A stretch of 64,000 bases of DNA from Rhina ancylostomus (taxonomy: Eukaryota). The notes beneath the pieces are model-generated. The model worked only from the letters and a program-made list of their open reading frames with translations. It searched no databases and was not told where the DNA came from. The position numbers and the translations under genes were made by a program. The DNA lies in assembly GCA_030265395.1 (NCBI GenBank), contig JARFYF010000052.1:86166374-86230373 (forward strand), in the 5' to 3' direction. Numbering within the stretch: the stretch's first letter is position 1; each line of letters begins with the position of its first letter. Below, in pieces: positions 1-13,455 of this stretch.

Positions 1-330
1 GAACGGGTGAGTTGTGAGGCGGGGACGTCCGCTCACTGTGCTGCCGTCGGTGGGGCTCGGTGACCGGGAGAGGGGAGGTCAGTCGGACGGACGGACGGCG
101 GCGGCGGCGGAGGCGGAGCTGGTTCATCTGCTCGGCGCCAGGCAGGGTGAAGCCAGCAGCGACTCCCTGCTGTCTACCGGGACGGGCACGGCTCCAGAGC
201 ACACTCCTGTTTACGGCCGCTTTAATGTTGTGTCAGCCTCAGCAGGGGTTTGCTGGTTCCTAGTGGCCCCTGGGTGCTGGTCACTTCTTCGACGATGGCT
301 GTCAACCGGTTTCGGATAACAAAATTATCT
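1..330 (+). promoter_or_regulatory. CpG-island-like GC-rich 5' region of PAQR3, with a probable 5'UTR exon donor at 7-12
   Basis: Very GC/CpG-rich compared with the AT-rich rest of the window. Contains (GGAC)n/(GGC)n repeats at about 84-117. CGG|GTGAGT at 4-12 is a consensus donor, and an acceptor (TGCAG, ending 437) lies just before the ATG. Confidence 0.6.
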
Positions 331-441
331 TGGCGGTTTTGAGTGTTTGGATAACGTGTTGAATGAGGTTTTTTTGGTCATATATATTGACCGTTAACTC
401 TAAAACCCTGCCTTGTGTTTTATTTCTTCATGTGCAGCACC

Positions 442-626
442 ATGCCTCAGAAGTTACTCAAAAGTACCCACTTCATTGAATTAGGAAATTACCACTATTG
501 GCCTGTGCTTGTACCACGAGGTATCCGTCTGTATACCTTTGAACAAATTCCATCTTTTCTTAAGGATAATCCTTATATTACAGATGGATACAGAGCTTAC
601 CTACCTTCAAAACTGTGTTTAAAGAG
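442..626 (+). CDS. PAQR3: PAQR3 (progestin and adipoQ receptor 3) coding exon 1
   Basis: CACCATG start. Encodes MPQKLLKSTHFIELGNYHYWPVLVPRGIRLYTFEQIP...DNPYITDGYRAYLPSKLCLK, matching the PAQR3 N-terminus. 185 nt, donor AG|GTGGGT, phase 2. Confidence 0.96.
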
Positions 627-1767
627 GTGGGTTATTAAGTCACAATCCTCTAAATTCTCTGGGAATGTGTTTTTTCAAGTACAATAAAACTCCATTAATC
701 CAGTACATTTAAGACATTGGTTGTGTGGGATGAGCATTTTTTTCTAGATAATTGGATGTTATTCTATCAGTACTCTAACATTTAGTTTACTTTTTATAAC
801 TATCACACATTTTCCAGTTTACCTGGCAAATAAGGGGAATGTGGGAAACAAGGCCATGGTAAGTTTCAAGGGATGTAGATGAGTTTAAACAGCACCCGGG
901 GATCACGGCCCTGGTAAGTGAGAAGGGACTACAGGTTCAGCACTCTTAGATGCTGAGCCACTGGAATTTCTGAAATCGGAGAGCAAATAATTGGAGTTTG
1001 GTGCCATAAAACTCGAAAGGTTTTGTACAATGAATGAATGTTGGGGGTGGCAGAAACTCAAGGAAGTGGCCTGTCAGCTACAAGATGATAGTTATTTAAT
1101 AACTTGTATTATTAAACTCCTAATCTGGCATGCTCTTAACTTTGGCGCCAAACTGGCAGATTTTTTTGACTATTGATTGCTATTCTGTTTAAAAACTTAT
1201 ACACACCTTAATGCATTCCTGAGGTGACCCAAAACGTCGACTATCCCTTTTGCCTCTATAGATGCTGCTCAACCACTTTGGCAGTTTGTTTTTTGCTCCA
1301 GATTCCAGCATCTGCAGTCTCTTGTCTCTGTCTCAACTTCTTTTTGTATATTACACAGTGGTATAATAAATTTTCTAGTGAACTAAAAGGGAGCCTAGGA
1401 AACTTGAGCCAGATGATGTTAAAACACAAGGATTTTTGAACATTCAGAGAGCTGATTATAAGAATTTTACAGTTATAAGGGAATGTTCAAAGTAGATTAA
1501 AGTTATCTAAGAAGTTAAATGAATGCCATAAAATGTTCATTTTATAAGCAGTGCTTTGATGAATTTGGGTCTTGTATGTCTCAAATATATTACTAATATA
1601 AAAAGTGCAGAATACCTGAAATAGTATATATTGTAATAATTGTTAGCATGTTCTGTAGTTTGAACACGTAGATTTTATATTCATCAGAAGACCTGGGATA
1701 TGGTCTGAATGTTGAATTGATATTCTTGTATTTTTTGCTGTGTAATAATAAGCATTTTTCCCTGCAG

Positions 1768-1930
1768 TCTTTTCATCCTTTCTAATGAGACAGTGAATAT
1801 CTGGAGTCACCTTCTTGGATTTTTCCTGTTCTTCGGTCTTGGTATTTATGATATGACCATTGTACTTCCTGAAGCAAATGCCTCCAGAGATGATTATGTT
1901 ATATATTCTATCTGTCTCTTCTGCTTCCAG
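1768..1930 (+). CDS. PAQR3: PAQR3 coding exon 2
   Basis: Acceptor cctgcag|, donor CAG|GTAAGT, 163 nt. Encodes (S)LFILSNETVNIWSHLLGFFLFF...YSICLFCFQ with the PAQR ExxxNxxSH motif. Confidence 0.96.
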
Positions 1931-3077
1931 GTAAGTGGTTTAGATGTATTTTTTACTTGAACAGGGATTATTTTCATTTGTTATTGTTGATTCTCCAATG
2001 ACTAGAACACCTGAAATTTGCCTGACATCTCTGCTAACAACCATAATATCATTCTGTTATATTAGACCATAAGGAACAGCGTAACTAGCTGGTGATGGAT
2101 AACAAAAATATTCTTGTGTATATCCCCAACCCATAACCCCATCTTCTTCCCAAAGCTTTCCCTTTCTAGCTCCCAAATATTTTAGATTGCATGGCCTATC
2201 TCAGTCTTCTACTGCTTGCTTGGATTGACAGCACTGGAAGAAAACAACATTTGCAACACCTTTTTTTAAACTTTGTTATTTTTTCCAAATTGTCTCTTGC
2301 TCTCCTTGACTCTTTGTTTGCTTTGTCAACTTGGAACACAGTCAAAGATGACACTTTTCTTAACTTATTAGATATCAAATAATGAAATATGGAATGTTTT
2401 CAATGAGCAAAATTGATTTTTAACATTATCTCAACATTCCAGAAACAGTGGGAGAATGAAATATTGACCATGGTCTACTGTGGGTTAGAAGTTAAATACC
2501 AGAAATTATATTGTGATAAAAAGAATGTCATCAGTAAAAGTGTGGTACAATAAACATCAAAAATGTAATATTGAGTTGATTCCAGTAACTTTCAGTTTTA
2601 TTTGTAAAAGATTGGTTCCTATTGGTTACATTCAAAGCAATGAATTGAAGTAAAAGCTAAAACTGAACAAGTGCAGGATTTGATAGGTGCTGGTTAATCA
2701 AGAGTTGGCCCTGCTCACCTTTGAAAAGCTTCAGAAACTCTAGTTAAAAGTGTGAGTAACACACTATTCCTGTATTCTAAGTATAAGACTTTGACTTTAT
2801 TTTCTTTGAATATTCTTTTAATGAAAATCTTTTTTATTTTCCTCTTATTGAAACTACTCTTTCATTTTGAAAGTAGAGTGGTGTAATTGTATGACAAGAT
2901 ATGGCTTGTGATATACCATATTTGAGATGAGTAAGTAAATGTTATTCTAAGATTTGTTTAAAAACTGAAAACCATTCAAATTGTTTGAAAACAGTTAGGT
3001 GCTAGGTATTGTAATGTGTAACTTTTTTTTACAATATTTATACATCTTAAATTAATTTGGAGTTTTTGCTTTTATAG

Positions 3078-3233
3078 GTTTGCATGCTCTGTTCAGTGGG
3101 ATATCACCTGTTCTGCTGCCATCGCTCTGAGAAAGCAAATCGTCGCTGGTTGGCCCTTGATTATGCTGGGATTGCCATAGGGATTTTGGGTTGTTATGTC
3201 CCTGCAGTGTTCTATGCCTTTTATTGTAATGAG
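3078..3233 (+). CDS. PAQR3: PAQR3 coding exon 3
   Basis: tttatag| ... GAG|GTAAAT, 156 nt. Encodes VCMLCSVGYHLFCCHRSEKANRRWLALDYAGIAIGILGCYVPAVFYAFYCNE (SxxxH and D motifs of the PAQR/CREST family). Confidence 0.96.
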
Positions 3234-3389
3234 GTAAATTGATTCTTTTTCCCCTTGCTGTCTATTTAAACTTTCATACAAGTAATCTGAAACAAACCTA
3301 AACCTTTGGCATTTTACTAACCAAAATGTTAAACTTCGATTGGAATTTATATCATATCTATACACAAGCAATATGCGCACATGCTTATC

Positions 3390-5680
3390 GAGCAGGATCA
3401 GACCACTTGACTCCCTGAGCCAGCTCCACCAACTGATATCACGGCTGAACTGATTGTGACCTCAGTTCCGCGCTTCCCTTTACCTGTGGTAATCTCAGTT
3501 CTCTTGGTTAGAGTATCTACCTACTACCTCAAAATATTTAAGGATTGTGCTTTCTTCACCATTTGAGGAAGAGACCACCAAAGATTCATGATTTTCTGTG
3601 GGGAAAGAAATTTGCCTCATCTGTCTTAAGTAGGTGACTCCTAGTTCTAGAATCTCCCAAGAGAGGAAACATCCTCCAACATCTTGCCAAGCCCCCAGTT
3701 TTGATGACATTGCTGCTCATTCTTCTAAATTCCAGTGGATACAAACCTAGCTTGTTGATCCTTTCCTAACGGTGACACTGACTGTTTAAGAAGTGACTGA
3801 TAAATTTTCTGACATGCTTTCCATTCATTAACATCCTTCCTTAAATAAGGTGGCCCAGATCCCTCTGCGTCTCAGAGCTCTACCATCTCTCATCATTTGG
3901 ATAATGTACTTTTTATTTTTATGCCAAAATGGACAATTTTATTTTTCCCACATTTTACTCACTTTGCCAGATTTTGGTCCTCCCACTTAAGCAGGCTGCA
4001 AAGTTACATCCCCTGAACAATCTTCCTATCTCTGTGTCATCAGCAAATGTTAGTGCTTTCATATTCCTTTCCCTCTCTCACACATAAAAGTTTGAGGCCC
4101 CGGCACTTACCCCTGTGGCACACCACTTAGTCATACTGCATGGAAACAAATCATTTGGCCCAACCCATCCATGCCAACCAAAATGCCTGTCTAAGCTTCC
4201 TAACCATGCCTTGTACATTCTCATCCAAATTGTTGATATTAGGTGACAAACAACAATGGGCCTATCGCAGACCCCTGAGGCACACTATTAATCACTGGCC
4301 TCCAGTCCAAAAAAATCAACCTTCCATCATCACACTTTGCTTCCTACCATCAAGCCAGTTCTGTATCCAGTCAGCTAGATATTCCTGGATCCCATGCAAT
4401 CTAACCTTCCAAAGCAACCTACCGTGCAAAACTGTACCAAAGGCCTTGCTGAAGTCCATAGACTACATCTACTGCACCTGCTGTCATTGAAGAAATAACC
4501 CCAAAAAGGTCAAAAAACTATTAAATTTGTGAGACGTGATCTTCCCTTGCACAAAACAGTGCTATCAACCTGTCTTTCCAAATGCATGGATATCTTATCC
4601 CTCAGAATCCCCTTCAACAACTTAACTACCACAGAGGTTCGGCTTGCTGGTCTATAGTTCCCAGGTTTTACTTTGCAGCCCATAAAGGCACAACATTAGC
4701 TATCATCCAGTCATTCAGCACCTCACCATTGCTAGCAATGATTCTTGTATCTCAGCCATGGCACCTGCAATTTCTTCTCTAGCTTCCCAGTGTGCTTGGA
4801 TTTATCTACCTTCATACACTTTAAGATGTCCAGCACCTTCTCTAATGTGGACTACCCTTGTGACGTTCACATTAACTTTCCCAAGTTCCCTAGTTTTCAT
4901 GTCTCTCTCCACCATAAAAACATAGAAATGCTCATTGAGGATCTCACCCTTCCGCTGCAGCTCCACACATAGATGTCCACTTTGGTCTTTGAAAGGCCCA
5001 ATTCTCTCCCGAGTTACTCTTTTTCCTTTAATATACTTATATCTGTTGCATATTGCCATCCAGAAAAGGGCCTATTTATGCTTCTGTTTCCAGTGAGCCA
5101 ACCAAGTCTTCTATCCACACTAATATGTTGCCTCTTGTACCATGAATTTTTACTTTCTCCAACAACCTTTGCAGCAATTTATCAAATACCTTCTGGAATT
5201 CTTAGTCCATTCACTGGTTCCCTTTATCCGCAGCATATGTTATTTTTTCCAAAGAACTTTAATACATTGATCCTGAACATGATTTCCCTTTTTAGAAAAC
5301 CCTGCTTGCTTTGTATAATTACCTTCAATTTTTTTAAGTGCCCTTCAATAATATTTTTAATAATAGCTTCTAGCATTTTCCCTATTACAGATAAGCTTAC
5401 TGTGCTTTCTTTGTCTTCCTTTTTGATAAACAAATTGTATTTGCTGTTGTCCAATCTAATGGAATCTTCCCCTAACCTAGGGAATTTTTGAAAATTAAAA
5501 CCAAAACATCATTTACCTTACCAGCCACATCTCTTAAGATCCTAAGATCAAGTCCATCAGGACCCAAAGACTGTTAGCTCAGAACTCCAACAGTTTGCTA
5601 AACACCACTGCCCTGGTGATTGTAATCTTCCTGGCTTCCTCCTCCTTTTCAAATTCCAGGAGTACAACTATTTCTGAGGT
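3390..5680 (-). mobile_element. Nested decayed CR1/L2-type LINE fragments (PAQR3 intron 3)
   Basis: Minus-strand RT-like remnants, e.g. 5224-5454 (SLSVIGKMLEAIIK...SKQGFLK), broken by stops and frameshifts. Bounds approximate. Confidence 0.7.
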
Positions 5681-5998
5681 TACGTGCATGCTTACAGGAG
5701 AGTCTTGCCTCTTCTAAAATTTGCTTCATCTGGACATGGGAAGAGGCCACTTTAATAAGAGTAAATCATCTTTGTTAAAGACAAATGAACCACGTATGAA
5801 AACTGTACTTCTGTACCAGATCGCTTAACTGGGTACCAAAACCTTATCTATACTTCCAGAAATGCTATGAACACTGATATTGTTCAATTATCAGTGTTTC
5901 ACAATTAATTGAATTATTAACCTCTGTTTGTAGCAGTTCTCCTAAGCATGAACCTGTTTGTAGAGTTACTATGTTGCACTTTTGTCTTCTGTGCTTAG

Positions 5999-6196
5999 TT
6001 TTGGCGACAGGTGTACTTAATAATGGTGCTGGCTATGATATTGGCAGTATTCTTTGCACAAATACATCCCTATTACCTCACTCAGCGGTGGTACAGCTTG
6101 CGTGCACTCATTTTTTGCTGTGTTTCTGCATATGGGTTGATCCCAACAATTCATTGGATTTGGCAGAATGGAGGGATGAGTGCACCCATAGTTAAG
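5999..6196 (+). CDS. PAQR3: PAQR3 coding exon 4
   Basis: gcttag| ... AAG|GTAAGT, 198 nt. Encodes FWRQVYLIMVLAMILAVFFAQIHPYYLTQRW...PTIHWIWQNGGMSAPIVK. Confidence 0.96.
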
Positions 6197-7736
6197 GTAA
6201 GTGCAACAAAAATGTGTAAATAGTACAGAATTTAATACAATTGATACATTTGATATTAACAAAACTCCATTCTGAATTTGCCATTATAGCAATCAAATAT
6301 TGCATTAAACATCTGTTGAAAGCCCAGTATGCTCAGTTTAATAACATTCATACTAACATAGTAATTATCTACTCTATAGTTCAGATTTAGCTTTACATTT
6401 GGCCCAAAATATTTAACATTAATGGTTAATACTGGTATTCTTAAACATTTCGACTGGTTGGTGCATCTGCATGATCCACAGCATAAAAGAGCCCATTCAC
6501 AGTCAATATTCCACTAAGGCTCTCATTGGTACTGTACTTGCAAGAGGGTCTTGTGAAACCCAAGCCTATCTCCACTGGTAAGAAATCTGTAAAAATTTAA
6601 TCCTGGGATATTTCTTTGTATATCTCTAAATCCCACATTATGAATACACATTGTGTAGAGCAGATATTCTAACAATGCTCTCAAATAATATCTAATGTAG
6701 CAGGCTTCTCAGAATGGTTATTTTGCAAAAAAATCATGTGGTTGGTTGGGAAAAATCACTTCATTGAAGAATATACTGTAGTTTAAGGGGACATTTGAAA
6801 GTTGATTGGATAGGCAGTAACCTTTAGGAAAAAAAATGTTAAGGGAAAGGCATAGTGGATCTGGACCTTGCAGCTAACAATTGAGCAGGGGATCTATGGA
6901 ATAAGCAAAAAATAATGGAAAGCATGTGCAGTAACTGAAGGAAACTGCTGAAATAGATTTGCATTTAACAGGAGGGATTGAAAGAGATAAAAAGAATCTT
7001 GATAGTTGTGACACTGGAGCACAGGAGGGTGGAGTTTGATAGCAGGAGTGGAAATCTGAAACAAAAACAGAAAATACTATTAAACACTTGGGTCAGTCAG
7101 CATCTTTGGAAGGAGAAGCATTAACATCACATCAAAACCCCTAGATCAGAACTGTGTAAAAGGAAAAGCAGACTAACTTTAAGTTGTAGAGAAGGTTNNN
7201 NNNNNNNGGAAGGGCTAGGGCTTGATGGGATAGGGATGAGGCCAGAAATGCCACAGGGCAAGTAATAATTGATGGGTCATTGTGGACAGCTGGAGTTTAA
7301 AATATAAAGTAAAATGTTGTGCAACATTTTGTTAATCCAAATGACCAATACTCTTGATCTAAATTTGGCATTTTTTTTCTTCACTGTCCCCCACCCAAAT
7401 GCACCCCTTTCTTGCAGCCCATTTGGTAGTTTTGTCTTGTTATCGAGAACCCGTGCTCTAGACTTCCTGAAGCCTACCCACTCTGACCAAGTTTTTAATT
7501 CAACCCTTTTCTCCTATTTCAACTTTATCTGAGTGAACTATGAGAAGTTCTTGGGGACATTTTTCTACATTATTGACATGTAAATGCAGGCTGTTCTTAA
7601 TATGGAGGATTTCATTGAAAATTGTTCACAAAAATTAACTTAATTGGTGTTGAAAGGCTGAATTATTCACAGATAAGAATGAATGCCAGTTTACAAATTC
7701 AATTTTTCTTTTTTCTGTAACTCAATGTCTTTTCAG

Positions 7737-7827
7737 GCACTTGTTCCACGCATATTTGTGATGTATTTCATGGGTGCAGTGGCTTTTTTTCTCTACATCA
7801 CAAAAATTCCAGAAAGATATTTCCCAG
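7737..7827 (+). CDS. PAQR3: PAQR3 coding exon 5
   Basis: ttttcag| ... CAG|GTGAGC, 91 nt. Encodes ALVPRIFVMYFMGAVAFFLYITKIPERYFP(G), with the PAQR PERxxPG motif. Confidence 0.96.
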
Positions 7828-8599
7828 GTGAGCATGAACAAGTCTATTTCACATACTGAATGCAAGTTATTGACAAGAACAGCATTTATTACCACCCTTG
7901 TTTTCTCCACATAGTTATCACTATGCCCATGGTGCTTTTAAATATGGAGTTGTGGGATTTTAATTTTTAATCAGCTTTTCAATTTGTAGAATTGCCTGAA
8001 ACAGGTTGCAGTACAAGATGCTGTAGACTGGAACTTGTTATGGGGCTTGCCTCAAAGTTACATCAATGCAGGCTAAATGCTGTGAAAGCATGCTCCCACA
8101 TGCATGAGAATCAGGTATCCAAAAGAGCATTCCATGATGCTCAGAATCACAATAGTTACAGTACCGGAAGAGGCCATTCAGTGCCAAGTCTTACTGGCTA
8201 AGACCAATTCAGCTAGTCGCATTCCTTTGCTGTCTTTCCCCATAGCCCTGCAAATTCATTCCTTTCAGATAGTTATTTTGAAGCCTGCAATTGAATCTAG
8301 CATTACTACTGCTCTTGACAATGCACAATAGAAATTACACAGGAATGAGGGGATGGGTATTGGGAAAAGACATTGATTATCTGCCACTATACCTCTAAAT
8401 GGCCAGCATTCAAAGAAATATATATTTTCTGCAAATCATGTATTGAGTCACAAATGAACAGGGAAAGTAGTCTGTCCATGGTTGATAAGTGAAATTAAAG
8501 ATAGCAGTTCACTACTTCCTCTTGGATTTAGTACTAAGAAACAGGCTGTAAAAACTTCTGTAGATATATGCCTTCAATGTATTTTTTTAAAAGGGCAAA

Positions 8600-10010
8600 A
8601 GTGTGTCCTTTGTACTTAGGTGGATGAATTTATAGTGGGGGAATGGAACATCTTTGTCTTCACAGAATGCATTTCAGAAGTTCTAGAGAACTGAGGGTGT
8701 ATGAGAATGAGGAAAAGAAGTAAATAGGTGTACTGACAAAATAGTACAAGATAAATTTAAGACTAAAAGCTGATGAGCTATATCAAGAATTTGNNNNNNN
8801 NNNNNNNNNNNNNNNNNNNNNNNNNNNNNNNNNNNNNNNNNNNNNNNNNNNNNNNNNNNNNNNNNNNNNNNNNNNNNNNNNNNNNNNNNNNNNTTTGAAA
8901 TAGATTTCTATAGTGATAGTGAATGCCTTGATCTTTTTTCTGAATTCTGTAGATTCTGGAATTGTTCTTGTGGGGTGGCGGGGAGGGGTGGGAAGCAGGA
9001 AAAGAGAATTTCAAGTTCTCCATCCTGGAGATCTGTGGAAGCTGATTCAGAGTTCATTCAAAACATTGCAGATGTTCAAGTATTAAGTTTATCAAGGGAT
9101 ATGGGGATAGTGCAGGAAACTGGCAGAGGTAGCACTTGCAGCATATTTTTTCATGTCATTTTTGGTTCTTTTGCCAATTACTTTAATTCTATGCCCCCTT
9201 GCTCTTGACTCTTGCATCAGTGAGAACAATTTCTACCCAATCTACCTCTAAATCTGTGCACCCCTTCCAAACCCTTTCTGTTCTAAGTGTGACACCCAGA
9301 TGTGAACACAATATTTCAGTTATGGTCAAAGTGTTTCAGAATATTCCACGTCTCCATCTGGCTTAACCACTTCCAACTATTTTTGCATCAATGTGTCTCT
9401 TGTACCTTTTTAGAGTTGTGCCTTCATTTTATTGTTTGTTCTCATTCATCATACAAGATTTAACATTTCACATTTCATATTTATCAACATATTTAATTTT
9501 CCACATTCACCCATTCCACCAGATTACTGCCATCTCTTTGAAGTCCATTATTATTCTCTTCACAGTTCACCCTACCTCCTAAATTTTGTCATCTGCATAT
9601 TTGGAAACTATACCCTCTATATTCAAATCATTCATGTAAAGAAAAGCATGTCCTAACACTAACCCCTAGAGAATTCCACTGTATACTTGCCTCTTGTATG
9701 AAACAGAACTTTTCACTACTACTATTATTGTTTCCTGTTACTTGGGTCAATTTTCTATCCATGCCATTACATTCAGTGGGTATATCATGTCCTGGTTTAA
9801 CTTCCCAAAATGCATCACTTCACATTTGCCTGAGTTGAATTCCAGTTGCCTTTCCCAGTTGATTGATTGAGATACTATAATAACTTTAGACAACCACCTT
9901 CACTCCACCAATTTTGGTGTTATCTGCAAACTTATTAATAATGCTATCTACATGGTCATTCCAAATCATTAATATATATGACTAAGAACAGGGGATCCAG
10001 CAACAATCCA
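8600..10010. mobile_element. Decayed CR1-type fragments in both orientations (PAQR3 intron 5)
   Basis: RT-like remnants such as 'cccaaaatgcatcacttcacattt' and 'ttatctgcaaa', the reverse complements of KCEVMHFG and FAD motifs. Bounds approximate. Confidence 0.55.
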
Positions 10011-10495
10011 ACAAACTGGTTTTGTAGTCAGCTGGACAATTGATTTAGCACAGTATTACTTCCTCTAGCACATCAACATTTTGAAAAAGTATACTCCTGT
10101 TTAGTGTATTATTTAAAGAAATTTATTGCTGCTGAATGAGAACAATAATAGGGAGGCTATCAGCAATCCCTACACTAAGCTGAACTGAAACTAGGTTACT
10201 AAGATCCTAAATGTATGAAGAGTACTTGGTATGCATGTTTAGTAAGTATTTTGTATTTAATCTTCCACTTTGATTTATATAACAGTATCCCAAATTCAAA
10301 GCCTCAATAAATTTTGCTAAGCAATAGGAATTAGTTTTGTATTGGATGTTAAGACCTTAATGTTGTAATATAGAAAATTGTTTTTCCATTAGTGTCATTT
10401 TGTTCTCTTCATTGATTTAAAGATAAGCACGAAATAGTATATAGTGATATTATTCATTAAAGTAAAAGTTGCTAATGCTTTTGTACTTTTTGCAG

Positions 10496-10635
10496 GGCAG
10501 GTGAACTACCTTGGTTCCAGTCATCAGTGCTGGCATGTTCTTGTTGTCCTGATGTTTTATTGGTGGCACCAAACTGGAGTGTACATTACACAGTATAGAC
10601 ACAACCAGCCCTGTTCTGAATTAATCAGTACATAG
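10496..10635 (+). CDS. PAQR3: PAQR3 coding exon 6 (terminal)
   Basis: ttttgcag|. Encodes GQVNYLGSSHQCWHVLVVLMFYWWHQ...ELIST and TAG stop (HxxxH motif). The six exons sum to 933 nt, i.e. 310 aa plus stop. Confidence 0.96.
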
Positions 10636-12206
10636 AAGATGCTGTTATGTAAATTTCCTTAAGTGCCTATAGTCATACACTGAGCAGGGGAAATAGCATT
10701 TTTGTAAATTGTTCATTTGATAATTGTTCTGTGCATGCATAGACACTTTATTTAAATGACAAATGGATATTTGGCTTCATGACCTGAGCAGTCAACATTA
10801 ATTATTTTACCATAGCCTCTGAAGGCATCTTTAGTAGCCATAAAGCAATCCTTGAAATGATGTACTTAAAACTGGAGAATCAGTGTACACATGACTTGGT
10901 TGTTAATGGCCAGGACTTAATTTTATTTAAAGACAAGTTGCTTGTTGCAGTGTCAGTAGAGCAAGCCATATATTGACCTCTAAGGTTACTTAGATGGCAT
11001 TTTTAAAACTGTGTTGCACAGTATTTTATTATTCCTGCTTGGAAGACCAAGGATTCCTAGGGGGTCAGCTCATACCTCATATTTGGTTCATAGTTGGGCA
11101 AAGTTAAGCTTTACTACCATTTTTTTTTTATTCATGCAAATTTGAAGCCACATTTCAGCAATGTAGTTTATAAGGTTTGAGCTCTTAGTCAAGTTTGCTG
11201 AGAAGTCGTCCTATTTCCACATAACATATGGAAAATGAAGGGGTAAAACTCTTGAAATTAAAGCACGTATTATCCTAAAGAATAGAAATGGGAAAAGAAC
11301 CGGCACTAAAAATTACCAGGTCTAATGATCAGGGAAACAATTAGAACATATTTAATGTTGAAGTATAGCATTTACAAACAATATTATAACAGATGTCACT
11401 GGCTTGAAGTGACTCAGCTGTACCACAATTACTTCAGTGTTTAAATGACAAAATCTAATTGGGACTCTACTATGGATAGAGAGTATGTCCAATACTTTGT
11501 GCAGTATATTTCACACAAGGTTAAGGGAGAAAGGTGGTTACCACCCACCCTTCTACTGTTGTAGAAGTGAGGAAGTCAAGTAGGCAACTAATTTATCCTT
11601 TTAAACTGGGCCAGGCAGAATATTAGAGCAGAGCAAGGTTATAGTTCTTCATCAAAACATTGTCTGTCATGTTTACCAAACTACAAATTTAGGTAACTAC
11701 AAAAGGTATACTGAACACTTGATTTTGTATATTTTTACAAATGTGTCCAGAGCCTCAATTATAAAATTCAACTTAAGGGTTAAGTGCAATTTTTAAAAAT
11801 TTTTTTGCATAGAAAACAGTTTACCAAAATGACCACCATTCTTTTGAAGATCTGTTTTGTTGAAATAGCCATCTTTCTTGTTTTCACTCTTACATTTTTA
11901 CTACTTGCCCTTAAAGGACAAGCTGGTCTTGTGGTTTTCAGATTTGTTATGTATTGGTTTTAAGGCTGGAAATGTAGCTACAAGGTTTTGTTTTTGGTTG
12001 GGGGGGGGGGGGGGGCAAANNNNNNNNNNCACCCCCCCCCCCCCCCCCCCAAGAGGTGGGTTCACCTTAAAATGTGAATTCTGCTTTTCCTGTGATTCAG
12101 TGCTGGTTTTGACAAAAAAATTTTCAACAAAGCTGAATTATTACTGATTTGTATCAATTCTTTCAAAATCCACATTAATTACAAAATGTCCATCAAGTCC
12201 ACCATA

Positions 12207-12851
12207 AATAAAACAAGTTCAAGGCATCTTCCTGCGCTAGGCAGTTCATCCTGCTTGATTTACTTTCAATCCAGTATTGCTTATGGCATTGAAAAAATTA
12301 GAATAGCAAGATGCTTTTTCTTTCTCCTGCATCTCTCTCTTTTCCCTCTTTAAACCCTCCCACCCACAAGCAAAATCAAAAGTAACTAGGCAGCATGTTA
12401 AATAAGTAGTTTCTGTAAGTTGGGCAGGGTACACAATCAATTGGTTATTTTGCATTAGATTTCCAAAGCTGAACTTGTCTCTAATAACTTAAAATTCCAC
12501 AATTACTCTAGAAACCAAAAACAATGAACTTAGCACTCAAGGTCCCTTAAATAAAATTTCCTTACTCAAGACATTTAACCATAATTTCAAGTGGAATTTA
12601 TTGCAGGTATCAATGAATAAAGGGAGTGTGGCAATCCAATCCCTCCAACTGTTAAATTTTCATTTAACAATACAGTTTGCAAAGAAAGTAAATATGAGCA
12701 AAGCTCCCCATGTGTTATACAGTGGAAAGAAAACCACTAAATATAAATGATAGATTTAACAAATTTTAAACTATTAATACAAAAAAAAGAGACTCACTCA
12801 CTTAAGTCTCCAAGTCTGAAAAGTGCACTTTAACTGTATCGCAGCAATAAA
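12207..12851. promoter_or_regulatory. Cluster of candidate poly(A) signals for the convergent PAQR3 (+) and BMP2K (-) 3'UTRs
   Basis: AATAAA on + at 12207, 12550, 12616 and 12846, and on - at 12597-12602. Which ones are used cannot be told from sequence. Confidence 0.4.
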
Positions 12852-13455
12852 AAGACTATGTACTAGATGTTTGATTTCCATTCACACAAAAGCAGCCTGG
12901 CTGAATGCAAGCATTAAAACATGACAGACTTAATACAGGGGCATTTAGACTCCAGTTTTAAGCATATAGTTGTTTGGTTTAACTGTGGCTGCATATTATG
13001 ATCACATTACAAACAGCAAAACATGTGACATGATACTTTGCTAGTCTGAGGATTATTTAGTATATTCTGCAGAGGAAATCATAGAATCTTTCTACCTCAG
13101 AAAAAGCAAAATGCATAGACTATACGATCAGGTCCAACTCCACCGCTTGGTGATTTCAAATGGTAGCTGTTTTTAGTTCTGCAAGCTCATTTTTTTTTAA
13201 TTGATTTTTATGCAATGTTTCCAAGATAAAAGAATTACGAGTTGCAGTAGGAAGTTATGAATCCCTTAAAACATGAAAGCAGGAATGGAATGGATTGTAC
13301 ACAGTCTATTTCCACAGATTTGAGAGTATCAGCTGGGATTTCCCCCTCTACAATGGCTCAGAGGTATTGAGTAGCATGGGGAAAAAGCCCTGCTCATAAG
13401 GCCTTGTGGTGGAAAATTAGTTTTAACAAAGCAGATAGTCTTTTCTATTGGAAGA

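Noticed and set aside
14-319. 101-aa and 67-aa ORFs in the GC-rich start
   Set aside because: Expected by chance in GC-rich DNA. No recognisable protein, and they lie in the inferred 5'UTR intron.
4973-5491. 172-aa hydrophobic + strand ORF
   Set aside because: Antisense shadow of a decayed LINE RT region.
11996-12050. Poly-G and poly-C runs facing each other across N gaps (also 36218-36360), possible hairpin or G-quadruplex
   Set aside because: Homopolymers abutting gaps are unreliable and probably sequencing or assembly artefacts.
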